From a virus (taxonomy: Duplodnaviria; Caudoviricetes), in the IMG/VR virus record IMGVR_UViG_3300046778_000032, positions 1 to 45,265 of that record: 45,265 nucleotides of DNA; one strand, 5' to 3'. This document shows, in pieces, positions 17,574 to 26,356 of the stretch (position 1 is its first letter; each line of letters begins with the position of its first letter). The notes under the pieces are model-generated. The model did not search any database and was not told the DNA's origin. It saw nothing but the letters and a program-made list of their open reading frames with translations. Made by a program: the position numbers and the translations under genes.

Positions 17574-20500
17574 ATGTCAACAGGAGCATTGGATTTAGGA
17601 ACACTATATTCAAAACTTTTTGTCGATTATAGTGATCTAGCAAAAGCAGAAAAAGAAGCAATTGCTTTTACTTCTAAAACCAATGCTCATATAGGTAAAC
17701 TATCTGATGGATTTAAGAACACAGGTAAAGTTCTAACCGCTACGGTAACAACTAGTTTGTCTGCCGTAGCGGCATTATCTTTTAATGCTGCTAGAAATTT
17801 TTCTGTAGCTTTTGCCGATGTGCAAAAACAAGTTTCTGATTTAAATGATACTAACATTGGTGATTTTGAAAAGAAAATATTAAATATAGGTAGAAACTCT
17901 CTAATTGGTGCTGAAGGTGTAGCTGCTTTAGTTAGTGAAGGAGGTAAGTTAGGCGAACAATCTAAAGGTGCTTTAGAGTTTGCGGAAGCTGCTGAAAAAA
18001 TGGCAGTTGCTTTCGACTTTGAAAGAAATGTTAATGGAGCAAAACAAGCAGGTGAAATAATTGGAAAACTTAGAAGCTTGTTTGATCTAACCACTAAAGA
18101 AGTATTAGAAATGGGAGATGCTGTAAACTACTTTGCCGACAATACTTCTGGTAGTGTGCAAGGTATTTTAAACATTGTTACAAAGCAAGGCGCTACTATA
18201 AAACAAGCTACTAGCTTAACTAACTCTCAAATTGTTGGATTGGCTACAACTTTTGAACAACTTTCTGAAAATTCTGATATAGGTGCAACGTCTATGAAGA
18301 ATTTTGTTATTGCTTTAACTAAAGGACAAGCAACGGCAGATAAGCAATCTGAAACATTTAAACAGATAGGTTTAGATGCTGTTGAAATGTCTAAAGTTAT
18401 GAAAACTGATGCCGTAAAAGGTATAAATATGGTTTTAGAAGCTATAGGAAAAGCTAAAGATTATGAAAAAACAGGTATAATTTCTACATTGTTTGGGCAA
18501 GAATCAATTGGCCCTATTATGGCGGTTATAGGTAGAATTGAATTGCTAAACGAAAACTTAAAACTAGCTGCCGATAACTCTAAGTTTTTAGACTCTCTGA
18601 CTAAAGAATGGAAGAGAGCAATGAACACCGATGATAACAAAATGCAGTTAGCTCTATCTGCTTTAAATGTCGCTTTTATTAACATAGGTAAAGTCATTGT
18701 TCCTGTGATTGCCGATCTAGCAACTAAGTTTTCACAATGGATGACTTCCATAGGCAATCTTGATCCGGGTCTAGTTAAGTTAGGTCTTGTTATGGGTGCT
18801 GCAGCTGCTGCAATGGGACCGTTGCTTTTTGGAATAGGTTCCTTCCTTGGTGCGGTTCTTCCTGCCATTACTGCGGCAGGTGGCTTATCTGCCGCTCTGG
18901 CAGGCTTGGCGGCGATTGCTGGCCCAATAGGCGCTGTCATTGCAGGCTTGGCGGAAGGCGCTTATCTGCTCTATACAAATTGGGAAACAGTTAGCACATT
19001 CTTTAGTGAAATTATAGATAGTGTAATTGGTTATTTCAACAATTGGAAAGATGAAAATTCCAATCTTTTAGCTGGTATTTCTTCTAGCTGGAATGATTTT
19101 GTTGCTGTCGCAAGCGAATTGTGGACAACCCTTTACACTATTGTTAGTGAAGCTGTTATTTCCACAATCTCTAGCCTTAATTCGATGCTTGAACCTATAG
19201 GTGGTTTGCAAGGTGCATGGAAGATTTTAAAAGAATCTATAGAAACATACATATCTGTTATTTTAACAGTTGTTAAAACATGGCTTGATGTTATGAGTGT
19301 GGGTATGAATGAATTAAGTAAAGCTCTAAAAACAGACGATTGGAGCTACTTCAAAGATCTTGCTGTAAATGCTTTTAATATAGTTATAACAAATCTTGAA
19401 ATCTTTGGATTAAAGGTTTTGAAAGAACTGTTAAAAATACCAACTTACTTTAAAGAAATTTTCAACGGCATAGTCAAATACATTCATGACATACAATGGA
19501 TAGAATTAGGAAAAAGCATTATAGAAGGAATCTATAATGGAATTGTAATGAGCAAAGATAATCTTTTCAAAGCAATTGAAAATACTATTAAAGGAATTTC
19601 TTCTGAAGTTAAACCTACAAAAGAGCTTTACGAAACAGGTAAAGACATGATGCAAGGTATTCAACAGGGAATTAAAGATAACAGTATTCAAGGTAGTATA
19701 GATAAAGAAATCAAAGACTTGGAAAGTCAGTTAGGCGGTTCATTAGATAAGATAAAAGCAGATTTTGCTAAACAACAAGCTGAGTTAAAACAAGAAACAG
19801 AAGCTCTTTCAAATTTTGAAGGTGTTACTGACGCAATGGTTTTACCTGATAAGGGTGCGATTGAAATAGCTCAAAAAACAAGCGAAGTTATAGATCTAAC
19901 AAATCAAGAATTAAAAAATAAAGCTCCTGAATTAAAACAAGCAGGTCTTGCTATGACCGAAGGAGTTTCTTCAGGTATAACAGACGGCGCACCTAAAGCA
20001 AAAGAAGTAGCAGAACAATTTTCTAATGAAATGAGAGATGCCATGAATGATTTCAAAAACTTGGAATCTTCTATAATGCAAGATACTCGTTTGGGCGATG
20101 GGTATAATTACGAAAAAGAAATAGCTAACGAACAAGCTCAATATGATAAAAGTCTAGCTATGCTTAAAGAAGCACAAGACTTAAAAATAGAATCTATACT
20201 TGGATATGAAAAACTGAGAGAACAAATCGAAGCAAAACATGCTGACAATTTAATGTCTATCAATAGAGCTGTTTTCTCAGATACTAGGTCTGCATTAGAT
20301 CAAACTCTTTCTTCGTTAGAACAATACGGCGGAAAGCAGACAAAGATATACAAGGCTATATTTGCAGCTAGTAAAGCTTTTGCAATTGCTGAAGCTATGC
20401 TTTCAATTCAACAAAACATAGCTAACGCTATGAAAGTAGGATTTCCTTATAACATTCCATTTATTGCCGGAGCTGTCGCGCAAGGTGCTGGCATTGTGGC

Positions 20501-20852
20501 AAACATACAATCTATCGGAGCTTTTAATAATGGAGGTTATTTAGGCACTGGTCAAGTTGGAATGGTAGGTGAGAAAGGTGCGGAACTTATAACAGGACCA
20601 GCTAACGTATTGTCCACACAAAACACGAAAGAGTTTTTCAACTCTGGAGGTGATAAGGCACAAGCTCCGACTATCATTATTCAAAATCTTCCGGGTCAAA
20701 CAGCAACGGTTAGCACTGATAGAGACAATGCAACTATCATTCGTATTGCTGTGGATACTGCAAAGAAAGAAATCACACACGAAGCAAACAACGGTGGCGG
20801 TTATGTAGTTCCCGCTATACTTAAAGCAAGCGGTCAACGTAGGAGAGCTTAA
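17574..20852 (+). CDS. Tape measure protein (TP901-type core)
   Basis: 1092 aa, Ala/Gly-rich helical; GDAVNYFADN, LFGQES; C-terminal FNNGG..VGEKGAEL. Confidence 0.95.
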   Translation: MSTGALDLGTLYSKLFVDYSDLAKAEKEAIAFTSKTNAHIGKLSDGFKNTGKVLTATVTTSLSAVAALSFNAARNFSVAFADVQKQVSDLNDTNIGDFEKKILNIGRNSLIGAEGVAALVSEGGKLGEQSKGALEFAEAAEKMAVAFDFERNVNGAKQAGEIIGKLRSLFDLTTKEVLEMGDAVNYFADNTSGSVQGILNIVTKQGATIKQATSLTNSQIVGLATTFEQLSENSDIGATSMKNFVIALTKGQATADKQSETFKQIGLDAVEMSKVMKTDAVKGINMVLEAIGKAKDYEKTGIISTLFGQESIGPIMAVIGRIELLNENLKLAADNSKFLDSLTKEWKRAMNTDDNKMQLALSALNVAFINIGKVIVPVIADLATKFSQWMTSIGNLDPGLVKLGLVMGAAAAAMGPLLFGIGSFLGAVLPAITAAGGLSAALAGLAAIAGPIGAVIAGLAEGAYLLYTNWETVSTFFSEIIDSVIGYFNNWKDENSNLLAGISSSWNDFVAVASELWTTLYTIVSEAVISTISSLNSMLEPIGGLQGAWKILKESIETYISVILTVVKTWLDVMSVGMNELSKALKTDDWSYFKDLAVNAFNIVITNLEIFGLKVLKELLKIPTYFKEIFNGIVKYIHDIQWIELGKSIIEGIYNGIVMSKDNLFKAIENTIKGISSEVKPTKELYETGKDMMQGIQQGIKDNSIQGSIDKEIKDLESQLGGSLDKIKADFAKQQAELKQETEALSNFEGVTDAMVLPDKGAIEIAQKTSEVIDLTNQELKNKAPELKQAGLAMTEGVSSGITDGAPKAKEVAEQFSNEMRDAMNDFKNLESSIMQDTRLGDGYNYEKEIANEQAQYDKSLAMLKEAQDLKIESILGYEKLREQIEAKHADNLMSINRAVFSDTRSALDQTLSSLEQYGGKQTKIYKAIFAASKAFAIAEAMLSIQQNIANAMKVGFPYNIPFIAGAVAQGAGIVANIQSIGAFNNGGYLGTGQVGMVGEKGAELITGPANVLSTQNTKEFFNSGGDKAQAPTIIIQNLPGQTATVSTDRDNATIIRIAVDTAKKEITHEANNGGGYVVPAILKASGQRRRA

Positions 20853-20855
20853 ATC

Positions 20856-21347
20856 ATGTCCGACATAAATTTTCCTAACCATATTTTACCTCATCCTCTT
20901 ATTGAGTATTCTGAGGAATCTGATTCTTTTGTGACTTCGACTCAGTTTGAAATCAATTTGAGGCAAAGACCTAGGTATAATTATAACAAAAACGACGTTA
21001 CTGTTAGCTGGCGTTTTGATAGATTTGAATTTGATTTTTTCAAATCATTTGTTAAAAACATATTATCACAAGGCACTAAAAAGTTTAATATATCTCTTCC
21101 GGGATTAGATGGTTTTCCTATAGCAGAAGTATCTTTACTTAACGGTAAATATGCCGCTTCAAACGAAAGTTATTTTTATTGGAAGGTGCGAGCCATACTC
21201 AGAATCGAAAACGAGGAAATCGGCAATTCTGACATGACTTTGATTCTTTTGGAATTGACTGGCGGGGATGAATCAGAAATAATCGCCGCACTTGGATCTT
21301 TGTATGACTATATTGAAAACCATTATGGGGAATCTAATCTAATTTAA
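20856..21347 (+). CDS. Distal tail protein (lambda gpM-like)
   Basis: Directly after TMP; FP..LPHP, RQRPRY, VSWRF..F.SF, WKVRAIL. Confidence 0.75.
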   Translation: MSDINFPNHILPHPLIEYSEESDSFVTSTQFEINLRQRPRYNYNKNDVTVSWRFDRFEFDFFKSFVKNILSQGTKKFNISLPGLDGFPIAEVSLLNGKYAASNESYFYWKVRAILRIENEEIGNSDMTLILLELTGGDESEIIAALGSLYDYIENHYGESNLI

Positions 21348-21351
21348 AATT

Positions 21352-22515
21352 ATGCCTTTACCTACATATACCGAATTAGCTGCCAAGCTTACACAATTTT
21401 TTACTGCTAGTGATAAAGCGTATCAAATTGTCAATGGTCCTGCTAGTGGAACGGGATCAACCGTTAGTGTTACAAGCGGGACGTTAGAGACATTTGCAAA
21501 AATACAAGCTAGGTTGCCATCTCCTCTTGCCCTAACTGCTAATCCGGTTAACGGAACTACTTCAGGTGTAACGGGACAGTTAGCAATTGTTACAATTAGC
21601 GGTGTCAAAACATTATTTATTTGTTCTAATGGAACGGCTAAAACTTGGATTGGTTTGGCTTCTGATATAACAACTGAGCAAGTTATTGCTTTGCTAGTGG
21701 GTGCTGTTCTTGCGGATGTTTCTATTGGAGTAGCTGATTATACAGGACTTACTGTTTCACCTAACATTTTTGCACGGAAAGGCTCTGTCCCGTATTTCGG
21801 GAATACCCCGCTCTCATTTGCTCTAAGTCTGGCAACCACAGGCTCATACACCACCACCTTTGCCCAATCGGGAAGTATTACCGTCACGCTTCCAAGCACG
21901 AATGCGACCATGGCGCGGACGGACAGCGGCCAAACATTTACAGGCACACACGTATTCGGTAACGGTCAAAACGCGCTAGTCGTCGGACGCAATGACGGCA
22001 CAGATGACACGGATCAATATCAACTTACAATCAAGTCACGTTCCTACGTTGGAAATAAGACTGTAAGGTTTATGGATAGAAGTGGCACGGTCTTGATGTA
22101 TTTTACCGATCAAGGTAAAATTGCAATTGGTAATACCTGTCCCGCACCAAACAATTTCTTTTCTCTTCGGGTCGGGTCAGGTATTTCTACTCATGGTGGT
22201 GAGGCTGCTGTCTGTGCTTATGATCGAACGGACTCTAACCAGTTCTGGCAGTTTTATTCAAACTCTGGAACTATGCGGTTCTATAAAGCTCACGGAACTG
22301 GAGCAAATGAGCCGTTTACGATTGCAAGTGATGGCACTGTCACTTTGACCGGCATAATCACTTCAGGTAATTTCAAGCGAGGCGCTGGATCTCCCAATGG
22401 AAGCGTGACTGGAAATCCCGGTGATTTATACACCAACACAAGCGGAGGAGCAAACACGACTCTTTACGTCAAGGAATCCGGCACGGGAACCAATACTGGA
22501 TGGGTCGCCAAGTAA
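21352..22515 (+). CDS. Tail fibre / adhesin
   Basis: G/T/S-rich; N-terminal IVNGPASG..V.VTSG..ETFAK; C-terminal GSPNGSVTGNPGDLY...LYVKESGTGTNTGWVAK. Confidence 0.75.
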   Translation: MPLPTYTELAAKLTQFFTASDKAYQIVNGPASGTGSTVSVTSGTLETFAKIQARLPSPLALTANPVNGTTSGVTGQLAIVTISGVKTLFICSNGTAKTWIGLASDITTEQVIALLVGAVLADVSIGVADYTGLTVSPNIFARKGSVPYFGNTPLSFALSLATTGSYTTTFAQSGSITVTLPSTNATMARTDSGQTFTGTHVFGNGQNALVVGRNDGTDDTDQYQLTIKSRSYVGNKTVRFMDRSGTVLMYFTDQGKIAIGNTCPAPNNFFSLRVGSGISTHGGEAAVCAYDRTDSNQFWQFYSNSGTMRFYKAHGTGANEPFTIASDGTVTLTGIITSGNFKRGAGSPNGSVTGNPGDLYTNTSGGANTTLYVKESGTGTNTGWVAK

Positions 22516-22521
22516 TAGATC

Positions 22522-24198
22522 ATGATTATTCTTCAGAAAAGTCCTTACCTTTCAGATTCGGTTTTCTCACAGGTGGGGAACGATTCTGGAGAGTTAGTAG
22601 ATGATTACTACTTGCCGGAAGATGGTGAGGATGATGCTCCAAGTATTAGAAGGGCTTTTGCGGTAGCTGTTTTGTCGCCAGTGGCAAAGTTAGTTTTCAC
22701 TAACCGAGTTTATAAATTAGCAAGCAATGAAGATGTTTATAATTGTGACAAGGTATATCCTGCTGTTGGAGTTGGATTTGTTCACAAAGGCGCAAAACTT
22801 GAAGCCTTTGCTCTGATTGGTAATAGGGCCACGTTTCGTAAAAGTGGATCTGATCTGGAGGATATGTTCTTTATCCATCTAAATACAAAGCGGATCTACC
22901 TTTATGATTTCACCTGCGAGAGAATCCACCTGACTCCACAATCAAGCGAGCCAGCTTATAAAATGGGTGGTATAAAGATAACTCACACTTTGCAAGATCC
23001 TGAGATCAATCTCATTCACCTTAAAAAAGTTACTTTTTCTGACTGTCACCGATCGCTTGAAATTAGCGGAAGTAATATGGTTGGCGCAATTAACGGTTTC
23101 AGAAAAATCAAAAACGTGCTGCTCGAAGAGGTTGATATGCTGTATCCGAGAGGCGCTAATTTTATTTCAAGCTACGGTGGTTCGCAAGGCGCGTTGTTCA
23201 CAAATGCGATTGACATCATTATTATAAATAGGTGCGGTTTCGATGGCGCGACAGAAGGTAGCACGTCGTCGGGCGTGCCTCCGGTTGACGGGTGGTTCTT
23301 TTGCCACGCTATCAATTCTTTGGTAGTAAATTCCCATCTCCAGCATTTTGCGATTGAAGGTGCTTATTTCGTAAAGACCATGGTAGCGGCGAGTCCAGAA
23401 GGTAGTTTTGTTGTTCCAGCAGTCGGTGAAAATGTTCTTGTATCCATTTACCCGTTACAAAATCTGGAGGGGTGGCAGGCTGGGGATAGATGCTGGATGA
23501 GCATTCCGGGACAGGAATACATCTTCACTCATGAATTTGAAGTCGTAACCGTTAGCAACTCTCCCGCAAACGGTCCAAAATCACTATTAGTTAAAGTAAT
23601 TTCCGGACCTGCGGTTTCAATCACTGGAGGCATGTGGTTATCTCATGAGCTATTTGTTAACACTGAAACACACGCCACTTTTCAAAGCAATGTGGCGGAA
23701 AATATAGCAGTAGAAGGTTTTGAAGCTTACACTCCGGTAGAGTTCAATCGAGTGGATCACGGAATTGCTAGAAATAATAGAATGGGTCCGACAAATGTTT
23801 GCGTTCAAGCGCGATGGAACAAGAGTATTTACGTTGCAGATAACGAACTTGATGCTACTTGGGTCGGAGTGACTTATCTAAATCCAAACGAAAACTGTCG
23901 ATTGATCGTAAAAAATAACAATATAAAATTGTCTGGTTCGGGCTATTTGGGTAATCCAGAATCTCTTTTTGGAACTGCCAGTCATGCGGCGGACGCTCTT
24001 TATGAAGGTAATCATATATTTATGGACACTCCTATTGCTGGAGTAGGTGTAGGAATCCAAAGTGCAAGCTCTCTTGATGGTCCGTCAGGGCAAGTGATAA
24101 ATAATACGTTTACTAATCTCAATTACGGGACATACAATGTTGATCCATCAGGATCATTTATTGAATCAGGTAATACAAAAATAAACTGCGCTCACTAA
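22522..24198 (+). CDS. Parallel beta-helix (pectin-lyase-like) tailspike / depolymerase
   Basis: DGEDDAPSIRRAF resembles the Pectate_lyase_3 N-motif; repeated I.NN.I / V.DN / Y.GN rungs. Confidence 0.65.
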   Translation: MIILQKSPYLSDSVFSQVGNDSGELVDDYYLPEDGEDDAPSIRRAFAVAVLSPVAKLVFTNRVYKLASNEDVYNCDKVYPAVGVGFVHKGAKLEAFALIGNRATFRKSGSDLEDMFFIHLNTKRIYLYDFTCERIHLTPQSSEPAYKMGGIKITHTLQDPEINLIHLKKVTFSDCHRSLEISGSNMVGAINGFRKIKNVLLEEVDMLYPRGANFISSYGGSQGALFTNAIDIIIINRCGFDGATEGSTSSGVPPVDGWFFCHAINSLVVNSHLQHFAIEGAYFVKTMVAASPEGSFVVPAVGENVLVSIYPLQNLEGWQAGDRCWMSIPGQEYIFTHEFEVVTVSNSPANGPKSLLVKVISGPAVSITGGMWLSHELFVNTETHATFQSNVAENIAVEGFEAYTPVEFNRVDHGIARNNRMGPTNVCVQARWNKSIYVADNELDATWVGVTYLNPNENCRLIVKNNNIKLSGSGYLGNPESLFGTASHAADALYEGNHIFMDTPIAGVGVGIQSASSLDGPSGQVINNTFTNLNYGTYNVDPSGSFIESGNTKINCAH

Positions 24199-24219
24199 TT
24201 ACAATAATAAAATTATAAC

Positions 24220-25077
24220 ATGAAATACTTATCTCTTATATTGTTAATAACCTTACGCGCCATCGCTGCCGAAGTCACCCTAGCATGGGACGCAAACCCC
24301 GAACCAGATATCATTAGTTATAAAATTAACTACGGTAAAACTGCTGAGTTAGGACAAACCAAAATAGTTGAAGGAATTACTACAACTATAGATCTTGAAA
24401 AAGGAACTTGGTATTTTGCAGCACAAGCTCAAAACTCAAAAGGTTTAGATTCTCCACAATCTCCTGTTATAAGTTACACAATAAATGCACCTAACTCTAA
24501 AGGATGGATTATCAAAGATATATCTAGCGAAGAACCTGATGGATGGGATTCTTTTCTAGCAATTGACGGAAAAACAGATACGTTTTGGCATACGGTATGG
24601 AAAGAAGGGAAAGAACAAAAACCTTTACCGCATTGGATAGAAATTGATATGAATAGTGTGGAAACTATCAATAGTTTCAGCCACACACCTAGACAAGATC
24701 AATACAATAACACTATTGGAAAATATGAATTTTATACAAGCTTAGATGCTATAACTTGGGATAAAGTTTCAGAAGGTGAATTTCTAGCAGGAAAACAAAC
24801 TACAAATGTATCCTTTCCGTTAAAAAAAGCAAGATATTTTAAGTTAGTAGGATTAAGTGAATTAGGAGGAGGTCAATCAATGAGTATAGCTGAAATATCA
24901 GTTAATATCATACACGATGTAATATTACCATCTGCTCCGAAAAAGCTTAGAGTTGTAGAAATTCAAACTAGCAATAATTTAATAGATTGGGAATCTATAG
25001 CGTTTATTCCATTGAAAGATTCTAGCTTGAAAAAATTCGTTAGAGCTGGAATAACTGAAATAAATACTGTTCCTTAA
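24220..25077 (+). CDS. Secreted FN3 plus F5/8 type C (CBM32/discoidin) protein
   Basis: Signal peptide MKYLSLILLITLRAIAA; VTLAWDANPEPD (FN3); AIDGKTDTFWHT, PHWIEID, ARYFKL, IAEI (discoidin). Confidence 0.85.
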   Translation: MKYLSLILLITLRAIAAEVTLAWDANPEPDIISYKINYGKTAELGQTKIVEGITTTIDLEKGTWYFAAQAQNSKGLDSPQSPVISYTINAPNSKGWIIKDISSEEPDGWDSFLAIDGKTDTFWHTVWKEGKEQKPLPHWIEIDMNSVETINSFSHTPRQDQYNNTIGKYEFYTSLDAITWDKVSEGEFLAGKQTTNVSFPLKKARYFKLVGLSELGGGQSMSIAEISVNIIHDVILPSAPKKLRVVEIQTSNNLIDWESIAFIPLKDSSLKKFVRAGITEINTVP

Positions 25078-25085
25078 TCTATTAT

Positions 25086-25496
25086 ATGTTATTATCTTAT
25101 ATACCTACACCTGAATTTTGGATTGCTATATCTGCGGCAGGTGCTTTTATATCTAAAATTGTTGTTGATGAACTTCGATATAGAAAAGAAAGACAAGCTA
25201 AGTTAGATGAACAAAAAGCAGAAAAAGACAAAAGAGAACAAGATAGATTAGATCTTGCTGCGGTAGCTGCTCTTACTGCTAAACAATTAGAAACTTTTAA
25301 AAATGAAATAACTAATTTTGTAGATGAAAAAGGTAAAGACCGATTAAAAGTTTTATTAGGTTCTGCTGCTACTACTAGAGGATTAGTAAAAGATATGACT
25401 AAGAAAGCTGAATTAGCTGTAGAAACTTCTAACGGAATTAAAACGTCTTTGATAGAAAATGGAGTTAAACTAATAGAAACTAAAGAACAAATATGA
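25086..25496 (+). CDS. Putative holin (one N-terminal TM segment plus coiled coil)
   Basis: FWIAISAAGAFISKIVV followed by a charged coil; upstream of the endolysin. Confidence 0.5.
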   Translation: MLLSYIPTPEFWIAISAAGAFISKIVVDELRYRKERQAKLDEQKAEKDKREQDRLDLAAVAALTAKQLETFKNEITNFVDEKGKDRLKVLLGSAATTRGLVKDMTKKAELAVETSNGIKTSLIENGVKLIETKEQI

Positions 25497-25633
25497 AAAC
25501 TAAATTAACATTACTCGCCTTGTCTGTCGTCTTATCGTCTTGTGCATTCAAGATTAATGCCGATGGATCTAAAGATGCAACAGTTGACGCTAAAACAGCA
25601 TTTAAAATGATACAAGTATTATCAGAAAAATGA
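25493..25633 (+). CDS. 46-aa lipoprotein (possible spanin component)
   Basis: MKTKLTLLALSVVLSS-CAFKINADGSKDATVDAK...; lipobox LSSC; ATGA overlaps at both ends. Confidence 0.7.
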   Translation: MKTKLTLLALSVVLSSCAFKINADGSKDATVDAKTAFKMIQVLSEK

Positions 25634-25707
25634 AAATATGTTTAATGGTCTTTTTAATTATTACATTTATTTTTTTAATATCTTTGTTAAAAATTTCTAA
25701 AAACTAA
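25630..25707 (+). CDS. 25-aa hydrophobic peptide
   Basis: MKICLMVFLIITFIFLISLLKISKN; fills the gap to the endolysin ATG. Confidence 0.45.
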   Translation: MKICLMVFLIITFIFLISLLKISKN

Positions 25708-25708
25708 A

Positions 25709-26356
25709 ATGAAAATTCCTCAACTGAGTGTTTCTGAAATTAATAAAATTATAGAGGCTAACAAAATTCCTAAAGATTTATATCCTGTTGTTTTAGTTGC
25801 AATTAGAGGATACTATCTTGATTCCGTCGGAGCAGTTGGTAAAAACGATAGACGTGTTTTCGACGATGCACATTTTCTCGTTTGGCCAGATGGTGTAGGT
25901 AGATTCCTTGCCAATACAGACCCGAACGGTTATAGAGAGGGACAAGGCACTTCTGAGAGCAAGAAAGGTATTGCTACGCTGCAAACAGGCGTGTGGATAT
26001 ATGGAACTGGTTTGCACAAAGGAAGAAAAGCTTTTCGCCAATGTGAACCTGTAACAGTTTGGCGTGACGGAATAGGAGGTAAACCTTATAAAGATACAGG
26101 GCATTTTGCCATAGATATACACGATGCTCATGGTGATGAAGATAGTATAGGTGCAACTGATTCGTTAGGTTGTCAGACTCAACCTAGAGAAGTATTTTTG
26201 ATTTTTCAACCTTTTTTCTACAATTTGTTAAATCAATATAAAAACAAAATTTCAAGCAATGACAGAGATGAACCTGTAAGATCTTTTCCTTATGTCTTAA
26301 TTGAAGAAACGGAAAGACGTAAAGGAAATCTAGTAGTTAGCGAAAGGTTTTTCTAA
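25709..26356 (+). CDS. Putative endolysin (His...SxGC, YkuD-like catalytic motif)
   Basis: AIRGYY..NDRRVFDD, NTDP, GLHKG, VWRD, IDIH...SLGCQT; follows the membrane-protein cluster. Confidence 0.7.
   Translation: MKIPQLSVSEINKIIEANKIPKDLYPVVLVAIRGYYLDSVGAVGKNDRRVFDDAHFLVWPDGVGRFLANTDPNGYREGQGTSESKKGIATLQTGVWIYGTGLHKGRKAFRQCEPVTVWRDGIGGKPYKDTGHFAIDIHDAHGDEDSIGATDSLGCQTQPREVFLIFQPFFYNLLNQYKNKISSNDRDEPVRSFPYVLIEETERRKGNLVVSERFF

Noticed and set aside
21352-24198. Diversity-generating retroelement or invertible tail-fibre cassette
   Set aside because: No reverse transcriptase, recombinase or template/variable repeat pair was seen
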